A stretch of 64,000 nucleotides of DNA from Schmidtea polychroa. Lineage: Eukaryota. A program made the translations under genes and the position numbers. The notes below the pieces were generated by a model that did no database searches, had not been told where the DNA came from, and saw nothing but the letters and a program-made list of their open reading frames with translations. The stretch covers positions 9,798,001-9,862,000 of the forward strand of contig CM097885.1 of the NCBI GenBank assembly GCA_044892525.1, written 5' to 3'. This document shows positions 1 to 36,452 of the stretch, one piece after another. The stretch's first letter is position 1; the number at the start of each line of letters is the position of its first letter.

Positions 1-1781
1 TTTTTTAATTATAAATTCAAAGCTCCTCATTACCTTTTTACATTCATTATTTTTTATTAACTCTGTTGGGTTATTAATCAGTAAGGTCAATCAGTTGGTT
101 AGTTTCTGACTCCTTTTGTCTCTTTTTAAACCAATCAACTCTGGTAGTTTTAGTGTTTATTATTGTTATTGTTTGTTTCATAATAATCATTTTATTAAAT
201 TTTTATTTTATTCCTTCTTATTTATAATCAAATTAATTTTCAGAATGAATTACTTATTGAATCTAAAGAAACGTCTTTCGGTTATTTTGGAAATAATTTG
301 TAAGATTTCTTTATCGTTTTTACTATAAAAGTAATTTTTAAAACTTGTAAAATATGACAGCTTTTGACACCATGATATCATAGTATATATATTATAATTT
401 AAACGTCAAAGAAAAGTTTTAAAAACACATCAGTTCGTTTCTTTTAATCACCCACTAAATGATCATGTTAACTATGATCGACACGGCTTGCAATTCGGGG
501 TCGCTCCATTTTTATTTCTGGAATGATGACTGTCAATCATAAACTAATATATGTCCATGGTTCTCAAATGTCGTCCAATAAATGTTTCAATTCCCCATCT
601 GGGATCAGGATGAGTCCTGCTCTTTTCTAGATTGCAACATAAACATCTCGCATGGCTTGTGCTACTGCCAGGCACGCTGGATTTATCATGTGCTTTTACG
701 TAAATAATAACATCTGTTGTTATTCTCTTGTCTACCTGAGCTCTTTTTTCAGCGATCTTTCTTTTCTAAAAATTGTCTAAAATAAAGTTATTATAGAAAC
801 GTATCTCAGTGGTGCATTTCTATGAATCGAAGGTTTGTATATGTTTCTCTGCAGTGTTTAATTTTTTTATCACTTTTTAGATTTTTATTGTGTAAAATGT
901 ATCTCATTGCACTATAAATGAGAACATCAGCGTGAAATCAAAGTATGTATGTATGTTTCTATAATGTAAGATTATTGAATTTTTTCTTATATCATAGGAA
1001 ACGTCTCTCAGTGGTGTTTGGTGTAGCTCTAATCTTTAAAAATTACGCATTTTTGTGTGCGTCTGTATGTCTGGAGTTTTGTGATCAATTATCAGTGTGA
1101 ATTTTACATCGTCGTGCTTCTTTTTATTGATTTTATTTGGTGTCTTTTCACGTTTTTCATTTTTAGTCAACTTTTTGCTGCATCTAACGCAATTTGGTCA
1201 AAATTCAACCTTTATATTTGGGCCAAAAATCAGTTTCGGCCCAACACCGCTAACCTCATATTTTCATTTTATATTTTGACTTAATTTTGTTGAATAAATT
1301 AAAAAAACTCAATAGAAGAAAATGGAAAGAAAACCAGTTCTATTGCATCTGAATGTTAATGGAAGTATTATGATTGTTGGTGAATGGAACTTCGGAAGCA
1401 ATTCTTTACATTTGTTTCACAAAAACCTTTACACTCCACGTGAGTTTATGAAAGTTGAGTGCCTTGACAAACACAATGCTTAGAGGGTACATTGGCCAAT
1501 CTCGCACGAAATTTCATTCGTTGGTTTTTCTTGATTACAATAAAATCATCAGTAAAATCCTTCAATTTTTTCACTTTAGATTAGTTTTTACAAATTTTTG
1601 TTTATTTTCATTTTGACTATAGATCTATGTTTTTCTTATTTAAGAAAGGTTTTCAGCATTGTCTTTTTCAAATGTTATTCATAATAAAAAATATTGATGA
1701 AAATTTATGTTTAATAGGGACAAACATTGATAAAGACAAATGAGATACAATAATAATATTTACATTTTTTATCTTCTTCAG

Positions 1782-8873
<7,092 letters not shown>

Positions 8874-9969
8874 ACTGTCATTGTTATATTAAAAAATTCC
8901 TGGGATTATATATTAAATTATTTATAAGTTTCCATCTAAATTGTGATTGATTCTAAATATTCCATGAACAAATTATTTTCAGAATTAGTATTAAAATCGA
9001 TTTTAGTAAATTGTCGGTGCTGATCTATTTATGATATTTATTTCATAATATATTATTGAATTATTTTTCTCTTGCTTTCTTGTTAAATTAGAAAAAAGTT
9101 ATTTGGTTTGCATTAAAACAAATTTTTAAAAAGACTTAATGATTTTAATTAAAAAATTAAATATAAATTTAACTATGATTTATTTAATTAAATATAATTT
9201 GATTATAAGTTGATGGAAATTCAAATTTTATAAATAATATATTCAATTGTTAGATTACTAAATGGAAAGGTTTGATCATCTACAATTCGATGAATTTATA
9301 ATAATTTAGAACGCAGCTCAACCCTTGATTACCATGTTACTATTACTAAGACTTTACGAATAAAATTAAAAAAAACAATAAAAACCGGAGACTCTTGGCG
9401 TGATCGCCATATTAGCCACAGAGCTACGGGTATTAATAGAATCCATAAAAGTTAAATTGTTTGAAGAGTTTCTAAAAAATAATAATTAATGTATAAGTAA
9501 GGATTTCAGCATACAATCAAAAATGCACAACCTCATACCATTATTTTAATACAAATTACAAAACGCCTCAAAGTTAGTTTGTAAAATATCAAATTGTTTG
9601 TTTGATAATCTTTTGCAAGATTTATAATTTTCACTGTCCAAAGAGTTAAAGTGATAATTCATTCATCGTCAATTTATTTGGTCAATAAGTGATTGGGTTC
9701 GATACTGGGTGGAGTCAAATTTCTTACATGATACCGATGAGAGTCAAATAAACTCAAAAGTAGTTGTTTCGACCAGTCAGAGGGGGGAATGATGTCTACC
9801 TCTGACTGACAGTTTTTGTTTTGGGTTTTGTCGCGTCTGTGTGCAGAATTATTGTGATATTGATGTGCACACACAGACGCGAAGAATTGGTATATTCGGG
9901 TTTTGTTCGAAGGTTATTTTGGATTTTTTGTAAATTGATTTTTTAAATAGTTTTTTAGAGTTTGTTTTA

Positions 9970-10107
9970 CCAGCTGAATTTTTAGTTTTTGTTGACCTTG
10001 GGGTATCCCTTCTTTTTCATGAATCTTAGCTTTTATATTTTCAACGGTATCGCATAATTCAACCTCAATTGTGATGATCTTCCTGTCAACGTCCTTACAA
10101 ATATTTG
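9970..10107 (-). pseudogene. Ubiquitin fragment (about residues 2-45) inside the TIR element
   Basis: [42 protein letters not shown] versus ubiquitin [42 protein letters not shown]; one frameshift. Confidence 0.9.
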
Positions 10108-10214
10108 CGAAAATTTATTTAGTTTATTTTTAATAGGTTTAGGAAGGGCAGGCCCTAGGGAAAATGTTTCCTTAACCCATAAAAAATTACATCTAAATTC
10201 AATGTTAACCCATT

Positions 10215-10490
10215 CAAAAATTAAAATTTGAGTTTCACGAAGATCGATATAAGTTAATTGCAAGATGATATCGCGATAAATGAAGTTGTACCAGTACCGG
10301 ATTCTGCTTGAGCAATTACATCACGACCTTTACCAATTTGATTTATAGCTCTAGCTTAAATAGCTGATAACTTTTCAAACCCGTAATCATAAATCCCTCT
10401 TAAAAGACCTTTGAGATTCGTTTTATTAATTACTCGTGTGACATCGATCTCTTTACTTGTTTCAAATTCAATTTTACTAATATTAGTTGT
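10215..10490 (-). pseudogene. EIF4A3: eIF4A-III (DDX48) N-terminal fragment inside the TIR element
   Basis: [15 protein letters not shown]...[38 protein letters not shown]...LQLTYIDLRETQILI. EFETSxExDVT and RETQ are eIF4A-III-type; stop and frameshift present. Confidence 0.88.
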
Positions 10491-10586
10491 TATTACATTT
10501 TTTAAGATTTTTAAAATGCATTTTAAAAATATACAAAAATACAGAAAATTTCCACATTTAAATATTACCTTGTTCTGGCTGGATAG

Positions 10587-11434
10587 CTAGAACCACGCTC
10601 TGCTACCAGTATGTTTTGACAAAACACAAATACCCAGAAAAGGAATTTCTTTTTTTATCAATGACATATGATTATAGCAAACGGTTGACATGGCTCTAAC
10701 AGACACTTGAGCTAGTTGCATTCCTGTTAATTCAGTTCTTGTTTCATCATTTGAATTCTTTTTCATTTCATCTGTGAAGTCATCATAATATTTTTTCAAC
10801 CATTTTTGTTTTTTGTCACTGATTGATTGTATATGGAATTCAAACCATTGGATAATTGTTCAACACTTTTGCTAGTAAATATATGAACTGTGTTGATTTC
10901 TTTAAGAACTCGATTAAATGGAATATCATATTCCTTTTTTTCGGCAGTTCCATATTCTGCTTTATTATTCTTTGACATGAAACGATGAACAAAACTATTA
11001 CTGGTATTTGACAAAAAATCTATGGGTTGACTTGTAATTCTAAACGGAGTTCCAGCAGCATATATAGCACTATCTTTTGCAGCAATTATTCTGTCAACAC
11101 TTTGTCTAATAGAAGTGTCATAATATTCACCAGATGATTTAATAACATTTTCCGACGATTCTTTAATAATTGAATATTTATTTTCCAATTTGTCCAATTA
11201 ATTACAAGCAAAATTATCAACACAACCCAATTTTGCTGCAGAAATTGGCTCAACCATGTCTTTAACTATTTTCAAATTACTTTCGGTCCATGTTAATGTA
11301 GAATTTAGTTTGAAAATTTTATCTTTAATCCAATAATAATATTCACCGGCTTTCGTAAATGTATCCTTAATAATAAGATATTCTCTTATTCTTTCCAAAG
11401 ACTTAATTGAACTATTGGAAGTTTGATTTTCCAT
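10587..11434 (-). pseudogene. Perilipin (PAT-domain)-like intronless copy inside the TIR element
   Basis: SLERIREYLIIKDTFTKAGEYYYWIKD...VDNFACN*LDKLENKYSII resembles the PAT domain (ACKGLDRIEERLPIL type); in-frame TAA at 11198-11200; frameshift near 10797. Confidence 0.75.
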
Positions 11435-11894
11435 TTTAAAAATCCACCAAATTTCAGCTGGTTAAACAGACCCTAAAAACTATTTAAAAAATCAATTTAC
11501 AAAAAATCCAAAATAACCTTCGAACAAAACCCGAATATACCAATTCTTCGCGTCTGTGTGTGCACATCAATATCACAATAATTCTGCACACAGAAGCGAC
11601 AAAACCCAAAACAAAAACTACCAGTCAGAGGTAGACGTCATTCCCCCTTCTGACTGGTCGAAACAGTAGTCTTCCATTAAAAATCGCATTGGATACCACT
11701 TTAAAAACTTTACTTAATCCAGTTATTTAACCAAAAACGAAAAATTCGTTTTGATTCTATTTATTTAAATATCACTATTATAACCACTATATATATATAT
11801 TTTTTGCACGATATCTTTATTTGTAAACCAAATTTGAAAAAATACAAATATTGTAAATCAACAATACATTATTTTATATATATTTTTTACACAT

Positions 11895-11942
<48 letters not shown>

Positions 11943-12186
11943 CACATATATAGTTCTTAATTTAAGAGTTATAAATTTTATGAACTTTTATTTCATTATA
12001 TTTTGATATTATTTTAATTTCATAAATAAATTTTTAATTTATTAATTGTTGTTTTAATTCATCTCAATAAATCATAGTATATTAAGCGATTTTTCAGATA
12101 AAATATTTTTAATAAATGATAATATTATTTCAAATTTATGGTATAATTATGAATTTATCATCCATTTATTAAAATATTGAAATAAG

Positions 12187-28822
<16,636 letters not shown>

Positions 28823-29929
28823 TATATTTTATTGAAAATATGTTTATCTTTTCCATTTAATAAATGTTTTATTTTATTATTTTATTTTTATATTTATTTT
28901 ATTATTAATTATTTTAAATAATTAAAAGCTATTTTTGTAAGTAGAAAAAATATCATTAAAATAATTTCGATAATTTCATATGAAATACCAACAAATGAAG
29001 CTGAAAAAAATGGTGAAGCATAATAAAGGAAACTGAATTTAATATTAATCAAATTATTACACTTATTTGCACGGAATAATATCTATAGGATGAAAAATCA
29101 ATAAAACTATATAATAAAAGTGTAGACTTACCTGTGTTGAATTTTAATGTTTCATAAATATTAACATTTATTATAGAAATTGAGAAAGTTGTAGACAAAA
29201 AAGCATTTAAAAACAAACACAAAATAAAATATGTATTCGACAAGTAGAAATTTTACATGGATTATGTAGAATTTTAAAGTTTTATTTTTTGAAGAAACAA
29301 TGACTGATACAATATTTCGTTTAAAAAGTTTATTATGAATAGAAACAAGTTCATTTGACTCCATAATTTACAAATATTTGGAGATGTAAGTTTAGGAAAT
29401 CACTATTTTGTGAATATTTACTAATTAAAATATGTAATATACAAACAGTAAATTTAAATTAAAATTTATTAAAAGTTACTTTAAAATTTAAAAAACTTCA
29501 AAATATCAAATTAGGTAAATTCATAATTTGAAAAAATATAATTTCTGACAAATTATGATTCGATTATTGGTTTGCACACAAACTGTATTATTTATATGTG
29601 ATTATTCCCTGCAAACATGTATATTCGCAGAAAGAAAATTATATGGAGAAAAATGCATAAAATTATAGTTTTAGTACTTTAATTGAGGTCAGTCGATACT
29701 GATAAAATACCAATGATTTCTTTTCCATTGACATTGTATTTATTAAAAAGCTTGACAATGAATCAGTAAATATATCAAAAAACATATATATATTTGCTAA
29801 TTTTTAGAAGAAAAATATATAACTCTGAAATCTTTAAGAATAAAGTTTTTCATACATTGGGGATTTTTATATTTTCCAATAATAAGTGGTTCTAACTTTT
29901 TGTCTTCTAAACTACAAGATAAAAATAAA

Positions 29930-30060
29930 GTAATTTCTTCTTTGATCTTTGTAGCTCCATTACAGTTGTCACTTTTCTCAACAAAAGATTTAGATGGAAG
30001 ATTTTTTTAAATAACGCCGTTTCATCACAATTAAATATGGTACGTTGCTCATATTCTAAA
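29930..30060 (-). mobile_element. pogo/Tigger DDE fragment
   Basis: YEQRTIFNCDETALF../LPSKSFVEKSDNCNGATKIKEEIT. Confidence 0.7.
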
Positions 30061-30329
30061 ACGCCATATGCAAAGTAAAATTCATATTTTTAAAAGGTCA
30101 TATTTTTAAAAATATTATTGATCTAAAAAGATCTCATTATGTTTTCTTTTTATTAGGGTTTTGATTACTTGTTATAGTTTTCATTTTTATTATTTGCAAG
30201 TTTAAACATTTTGTAAAACTTCAAATAGATAAAAATGTTTAAACTTGTAAATAATTTACCGATTTACATTATTAAGGTTTTTTATAAGTATCATAATAAT
30301 ATTAATAATCTCTTTAAAGTAATACTAAA

Positions 30330-30465
<136 letters not shown>

Positions 30466-30789
30466 TATTAATAGTAATAATAACATCTCCCGCAAGCGTT
30501 AATATATTTAAAAAAATAATGATAATATCTATAATTCATTAGAAAAGTCTTGCACTGGGCCTTAAAATGAGCCATTGGTCATGATAATCAATTGATAGGA
30601 ACACTAACGTTTTGGCTGCTAAAAAGTGTGAGCCCTCTAGACCAATAATATTTTAAAAAATAAGTTTTGACCTTGACCTATATATTTGACCCTGACCTAC
30701 ATATTTGACCTTAAAAAATTTCCTGGTGTAGGGGGTACTTGTCGTAGTGGGCTCACATCTATCTACTCAACAAGATATTGTAAAATAAT

Positions 30790-31560
30790 TCCCAAATTTT
30801 GCAATGTTTAGTATATGCCACGCTTGACCTTTTGTTGTTCCGTATTTGAAAGAGCACAAGTTTCATCAGTCATTATACTAAAATACCGGACTTCAGTAAC
30901 TTGATTTAAATATTTTGTACAATTATTTTATTACAAGCAGTTATTATCTTATTTTGGATATTCCAACTTATATATGTGAAATTCTTACCACATCCTTGAA
31001 AATGTTTTTTTCAAATGTGAATCGCCAGACTTTATTTTTGTAGGTAATATCGTCTTAAAATTTTCTTAATTAGTAGTAGGTATTTTATCTACAGAAAACT
31101 CTCCAATCATCTCTATGGCCCCTCAATGGAATACATTGACGTCCACAATGTGGACTCCACATAGAATAACCGTTCTTATAATTGGTTCCAATGGTTATCA
31201 GCAGCTTGCTGTGCACAATTTTTGTCCAATTGATCCAGGACAGATATACATTTTTTTATTTTTTAATACTCAAAATATGTTCGTATTTTAAAGTGGAATT
31301 AAGATGATATTGAGCCGTTTGATACTTCATAAAATATTCGAATAAACTAACCAACTAAATCTTGCAATCCAAGAATATTGAAAACTTCTTTTAGACTTTT
31401 CTTCTATCTTTTCTTCTGAATCTAAGTACTTATTTTTATGTAATGCAATTGCTGCATCTGTTGTTGATGATGTCATAGAAATTGGATCATTTTGAACCAC
31501 TGTGAAACTTTCTATAACTTCATCATTTCTTCGGATCTTTTTGCAGAAACTAAGCAAAGT
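30790..31560 (-). mobile_element. hAT (ZMYM1/P52rIPK-like) transposase remnant
   Basis: RSFQYSWIARFSWLVYS; CGRQCIPLRGHRDD; FSIMTDET. Confidence 0.75.
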
Positions 31561-31613
31561 TGTTTGTTTTCTTTTTCACCCATCTTTAACTTTAGATTTC
31601 TATTAAAAAAAAT

Positions 31614-32020
31614 CAGTGCTGTTTTTCTGACGGAACGCTCCGAAACGGCGTTCCGGCACCTATTTTCGCTGAATGATTTTAAAAAATTGACATATGTTTT
31701 GGTTTTTTGTCATATTTCTATTTCTGACATTTCAAATAGTCAATTACAATCAAATTAAAAGTAGTAGTCGTACGCCAAAGCGAGTGAATCATAACTCCGT
31801 GATTCCTATGTGTTATTACTATTATATAAAACACGCTCATGGTAAATATACGCCATTATTATATTATGTCATTAAAATCGTTTCCTGTCGTCGGTAATAA
31901 GTGTATATTTTGTGTCCTGCATAATTATTTTATTTGTTAGCTAATTTCGGCGTCATTTCTTTGCATGTAAAGGATAGTACAGATACATTCCGATACCTTT
32001 TTTCCAGAAACAAAGCGCTG
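31614..32020. mobile_element. hAT-type MITE
   Basis: CAGTGCTGTTTTTCTG ... CAGAAACAAAGCGCTG imperfect TIRs; 8-bp flanks AAAAAAAT/AAAATAAT. Confidence 0.6.
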
Positions 32021-32484
32021 AAAATAATATTTTAATTAAATTATGTGATAAAATAAAACCTCTATTAAAAGGTAAGCAATTTCCGTAATAAATAAAAACT
32101 AATAATTTTAATGGTTGGGTATTTTTCGCATATAAATTCTATTTTATTTACATATAATTACTTACTTCATCACACACAAATTTTATTTTCGACACTTAAA
32201 TTTAGAAAATGCCTTTATATTGACACACAATTTTACTACAAGCCACATAAATTTAGAAATATATTAATATTAATCGTTCCGAGGGTTTTATACAAGATTT
32301 TGCGCCCTAACATCTTTAATTACGGTCTTAAATTTTATAAAAGAGTGACAATATTAAAATGAATGCAAAATAAAATAAAAATGTTTAAGAAACCATTTAT
32401 TAGGCAAGTTGCCTTATTAAACTAGTATTAGCCTTTACTTTCTTTGGCTAACCACGCTTTTTTCTTTCACTAAGCAGGGTCACA

Positions 32485-34427
32485 TTGATTAAAGCCAAAT
32501 GTAATCTGTATAAAGAAGAATTGACATTCCTAGGGCACACTGTAAGTGCAAGTGGGATAAAAACTAACGACAAGAAGATTAAAGAGATTCAAGATGCAGA
32601 AATACCAGTATGCGCCAAACAATTAAGATCCTTTTTAGGTATGACCAATTACTATAGGAAGGTTATAAAAGACTATGCGAAAATTGCGGAACCTCTACAT
32701 GCAGCTACGTCCGGCTGTGAGAAAAAGATTAATTGGTCAGAAGATTGCAACAATAGTTTTGAATTACTTAAAACAAAGTTGTGTGAAGCTCCAATTCTAG
32801 ATTACCCAAGAATGGATAGAAACTTTATTCTGGATACAGACGCTAATTTTGGGGCCATCGGAGCAGTTTTATGTCAAGCTAAAGAAGATGGTACTGAAGT
32901 GGTAATTGCATATGGGTCGAGACACTTGACCGCGCATGAAAAAGGTTATTGTGTGACTAGGAAGGAGTTACTTGCTATACACGAATATGTAATGTATTTT
33001 AAACAATATCTATACGGAAAGTCATTTGTAGTACGAACGGATCACAAGGCGTTGGTTTTCATGAGATACACAAAAAAACCGATAAGCCCGCAATTCCAAA
33101 CCTGGTTAGCCAACCTTTCCGGATATGATTTCGATCTTCAATATAGGAAAGGAGAGGAACACGGAAATGCGGACGGAATATCAAGGATTAAAGGGATGTT
33201 ATGTGCACAATGCCAGACTAGACATGAAGACGCAAAAGAAGAAAAAGCCAGAGTAAGACATATCAGCTCATTACAGAAGACTGAGTCGATGACAAAACTC
33301 TTAGAAAAGCAACAAGAGGATGTAGATTTCATTCACATGACAAGAGTGTTACAGGGAGAAGAGAAAAAAGATGACTTGAATAAAAAGAAATTTCCTTTCA
33401 ATTTGCATAACAACATAAAATTAGAAGATGGGTTTTTATTATTAGAGAAGAATGGTAAAGATGTCATCCTGGTGCCGATAGACTACTCAAATACGTTAGT
33501 TAAAGGAATACATACTGAAATGTGTCACATTGGAGTAAAGAAATTAATGAGCTATATGAGCAACATATTTTTTTGGCCAAACATGCAAGAAACTATACAA
33601 AACTGTTTGAGAGTATGTGAGATATGCTGCAGAAGGAAGATAGTGTAGGAGAAGACAAAGGAACGATTGTTGCCGATAATAAGTTCAGAATTTTTAGAAC
33701 AGTTGGTCATTGATATAGCACACATGAAGAATGGTGGAGTGTACAAGTATATGCTAGTTATCATTGTTCGTTTTAGCAAAATGGTCAGTCTGACCGCACT
33801 GGAGAGACAAGACGAGAGATCGATTTTCAAAGCCATATTGGAGAAGTGGATATACCATTTCGGAAAACCGCGAAATTGTCTGTCAGACAGAGGGAAGAAC
33901 TTCGATAGTATCAGTATCAATCTAACGGTTTAGTTGAGAGAACAATACGGACAGTCAGAGACTTGCTGGCAACATCATTAGCAGGTGGACTAGGAGAGCG
34001 AAATTTGGCGGAGTTACTTCCTCGAGTAGAATTTTGTATCAACGTGACACAACAGAGCGCGACGGGATTTTCTCCATTTGAAATTGTTTTTGGGAGGAAG
34101 ATTAACCTTCATTCAACATTGCCTCAGACGACATTGGATACAGTTGAGATACATAGATTGGTAAGAGAGAACAGTGAGAAAGCAGCTAAACGAATGAAAG
34201 AGATGGAAACAGAGAAGAGAACGAATCGATTTTTCACGGTGGGGCAGAAAGTATTAGTTCGGAAAGAACCACAAAATCGCGACAAAGATGGATTACAGTA
34301 TGAAGGTCCTTTTGTCATATCAAAGTTTTTGTCAGAACGCCAGGTGGAATTGAGTGACGGGACGACAAAGAAACTCAGACGAATTGAATGGCTTAAGAGA
34401 TGGGCAGTTCCTTAAAGAAGGGGAGAG
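32485..34427 (+). mobile_element. Ty3/Gypsy pol fragment (RT C-terminus, RNase H, integrase), disrupted, followed by a polypurine tract
   Basis: FLGHTVS, LRSFLGMTNYYR, LDTDANFGAIGAVL, RKELLAI, TDHKAL, H-H-C-C zinc finger, SDRGKNF, GFSPFEIVFGR, YEGPF; stop at 33648; AAAGAAGGGGAGAG after the final stop. Confidence 0.93.
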
Positions 34428-36071
34428 TTATGGAAAGTTGTTTGTTTTAATAATATTCGATTTAGCGTTTTTTGAAAAATATATTTTAATTGCATTTATT
34501 GATTTTATGAATTTAGAAGTTGAAGACATCATAACTAAAATAAATGAATTTTCTAAATTGTATAACATATAATACAAAACTTTTAAAAAAATAAATAATT
34601 TTTAATAAATTTTTAAAATTTCCAGTGAGCAAAAATTAAATCTCAAAAACGTTATACCAAACCAAAGAAGAAATAAAAAATCTAAACATTTTAAAAATAA
34701 ATTATATCATATTTTTATTTTTTTTCCATTGAAATATTTGTTAAATTTTGTTTTAATAACTACAAAATTAAATATAATTAATTTGTCAATCAAATAGCAA
34801 TTATTTTTGGTAGTGGATTCATACGGAAGAGTCGGCAAAATTGAGGATTCTTGGAACAATATCTTGAAATTTATTCATTTTCATTAGAAAGTCAATCAAG
34901 CTGTCTCAAACGGGTACTTTTTTTTATTATTTTTTATATACATGTATTATTTGAATATTTTAAATTTGCCATTCATTGACATTTTGCCTCCTTGTGTTAT
35001 ATCTTTGTAAATGATTTTACTAAGGGTTGAAGGTACGGATATCACCAATTTGTCTTATTCATCGTATTTTATCACTTTTTCTATCATCTTCATTGTCTCC
35101 TCAATCTGCTTAGTTGTCATTAAATGTTTAATCTCAATCTTTTGTCCTTATATTTTTGATCAGTGAACACTTTTAAAGTTTCTCGTCATTTCCAGTACGA
35201 GAAAGAACAATATTTTCGTCACCTAGAATATTCTTTCTATACATTCCTACACCAGTTTCTTCCAGCAATTGCAGTTTTAAGTCATTACTTAATTACGTTG
35301 GTTGATTTTTATTTAGTCTTTCCTCTAAGACGTATACATGTTGGTGTCATCTAAAGTTTTTAAATCCCTTTTCCGTGACTTGTTTTGGAATTGTCTTTCA
35401 AAGACATTATCTTCATCAATCTCTAGAGACCAAATCTACTCCAATAAATGTCAACTCGGTCCAATTATCAAATGTAATGCTAAACTTTGTACCCGTACTT
35501 TTCAATACAGAAAAGCTTTTGTTTCTATATTTCATAAATGAAATTATCGTTTTGGTGACAATAGCCTCTGTTATGAATGAATTTGAGAATCGCATCGTAC
35601 TTTTATTATTTTTATTGATATATCTTCTTTAGCAGCATTGATATATCTTCGCGTTTTAAGAATGCTCTGGTTACCTTTTTCGTTGTATCTGAAGTATGAG
35701 TCTCATCGACTCTGGATTTGATGCGCATTCTGCAGATCATTTTCATCTGAGTGCATAAATTGCATTACAGTAACTTGATTCCTACCGGATCTAATGTAGT
35801 TATAGGCCAATTAATATCTTCAAAGTAGATCATTTCTCTTTTGATAATTTTATTTATATCTCCTAAAGTTCTTTGCTGTGGTCTCTATGGACCTTCGAGA
35901 TTTAAATTAGATTTTTCTTGTATGGTTCGGTAAAGATTTTCAACAAAGTTTTCGTCATTTTTGTCACAATGACTCATGACCAATGACCAATTTTACAATA
36001 GCTTTAGATATTGAACTTTTACTTATTTGATAGAATATATCGTAATCTCCTTCGTTTGATGTAAAGTAGCC

Positions 36072-36452
36072 TTATGGATTTTTCAAATATTGAAAAACAT
36101 CTGCAAATGTTGTTCGATGTTTCTTGAAACGTAAAATCAATTCTGATTTAAATTGATTACCAAAACAGCTGTTTTGTTGAGACAATTCATCCAGCATTGT
36201 GTCTCCAGTTTGTGTCTCGACAACAATATTTTCCACCACTAATTTAATGGGAAGCAGCGCGGATATTATACTTGATAATAAGTGAAATTGTTCACCTGAA
36301 AAGCTAATAAGGTCAATTAGACTTTTTCTTACCATATTTTTAATTATCTGAAATCGTTCGACCATATCTATATTCCATCGTGTTTTCGAATCCAATTTCA
36401 ATTCCATTACTTTTCCAAATTCTGCCTTTAAATTTTTGGAGAACACAATCAT
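36072..36452 (-). mobile_element. hAT transposase remnant
   Basis: ELKLDSKTRWNIDMVERF...ALLPIKLVVE. Confidence 0.7.

Larger units (their letters stand above)
9765..11665. mobile_element. Non-autonomous TIR element (TG..CA ends, ~215-bp TIRs, 5-bp TSD GTAGT) carrying host gene fragments
   Basis: GTAGT|TGTTTCGACCAGTCAGA ... TCTGACTGGTCGAAACA|GTAGT; TIRs ~9765-9980 and ~11451-11665. Confidence 0.92.
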
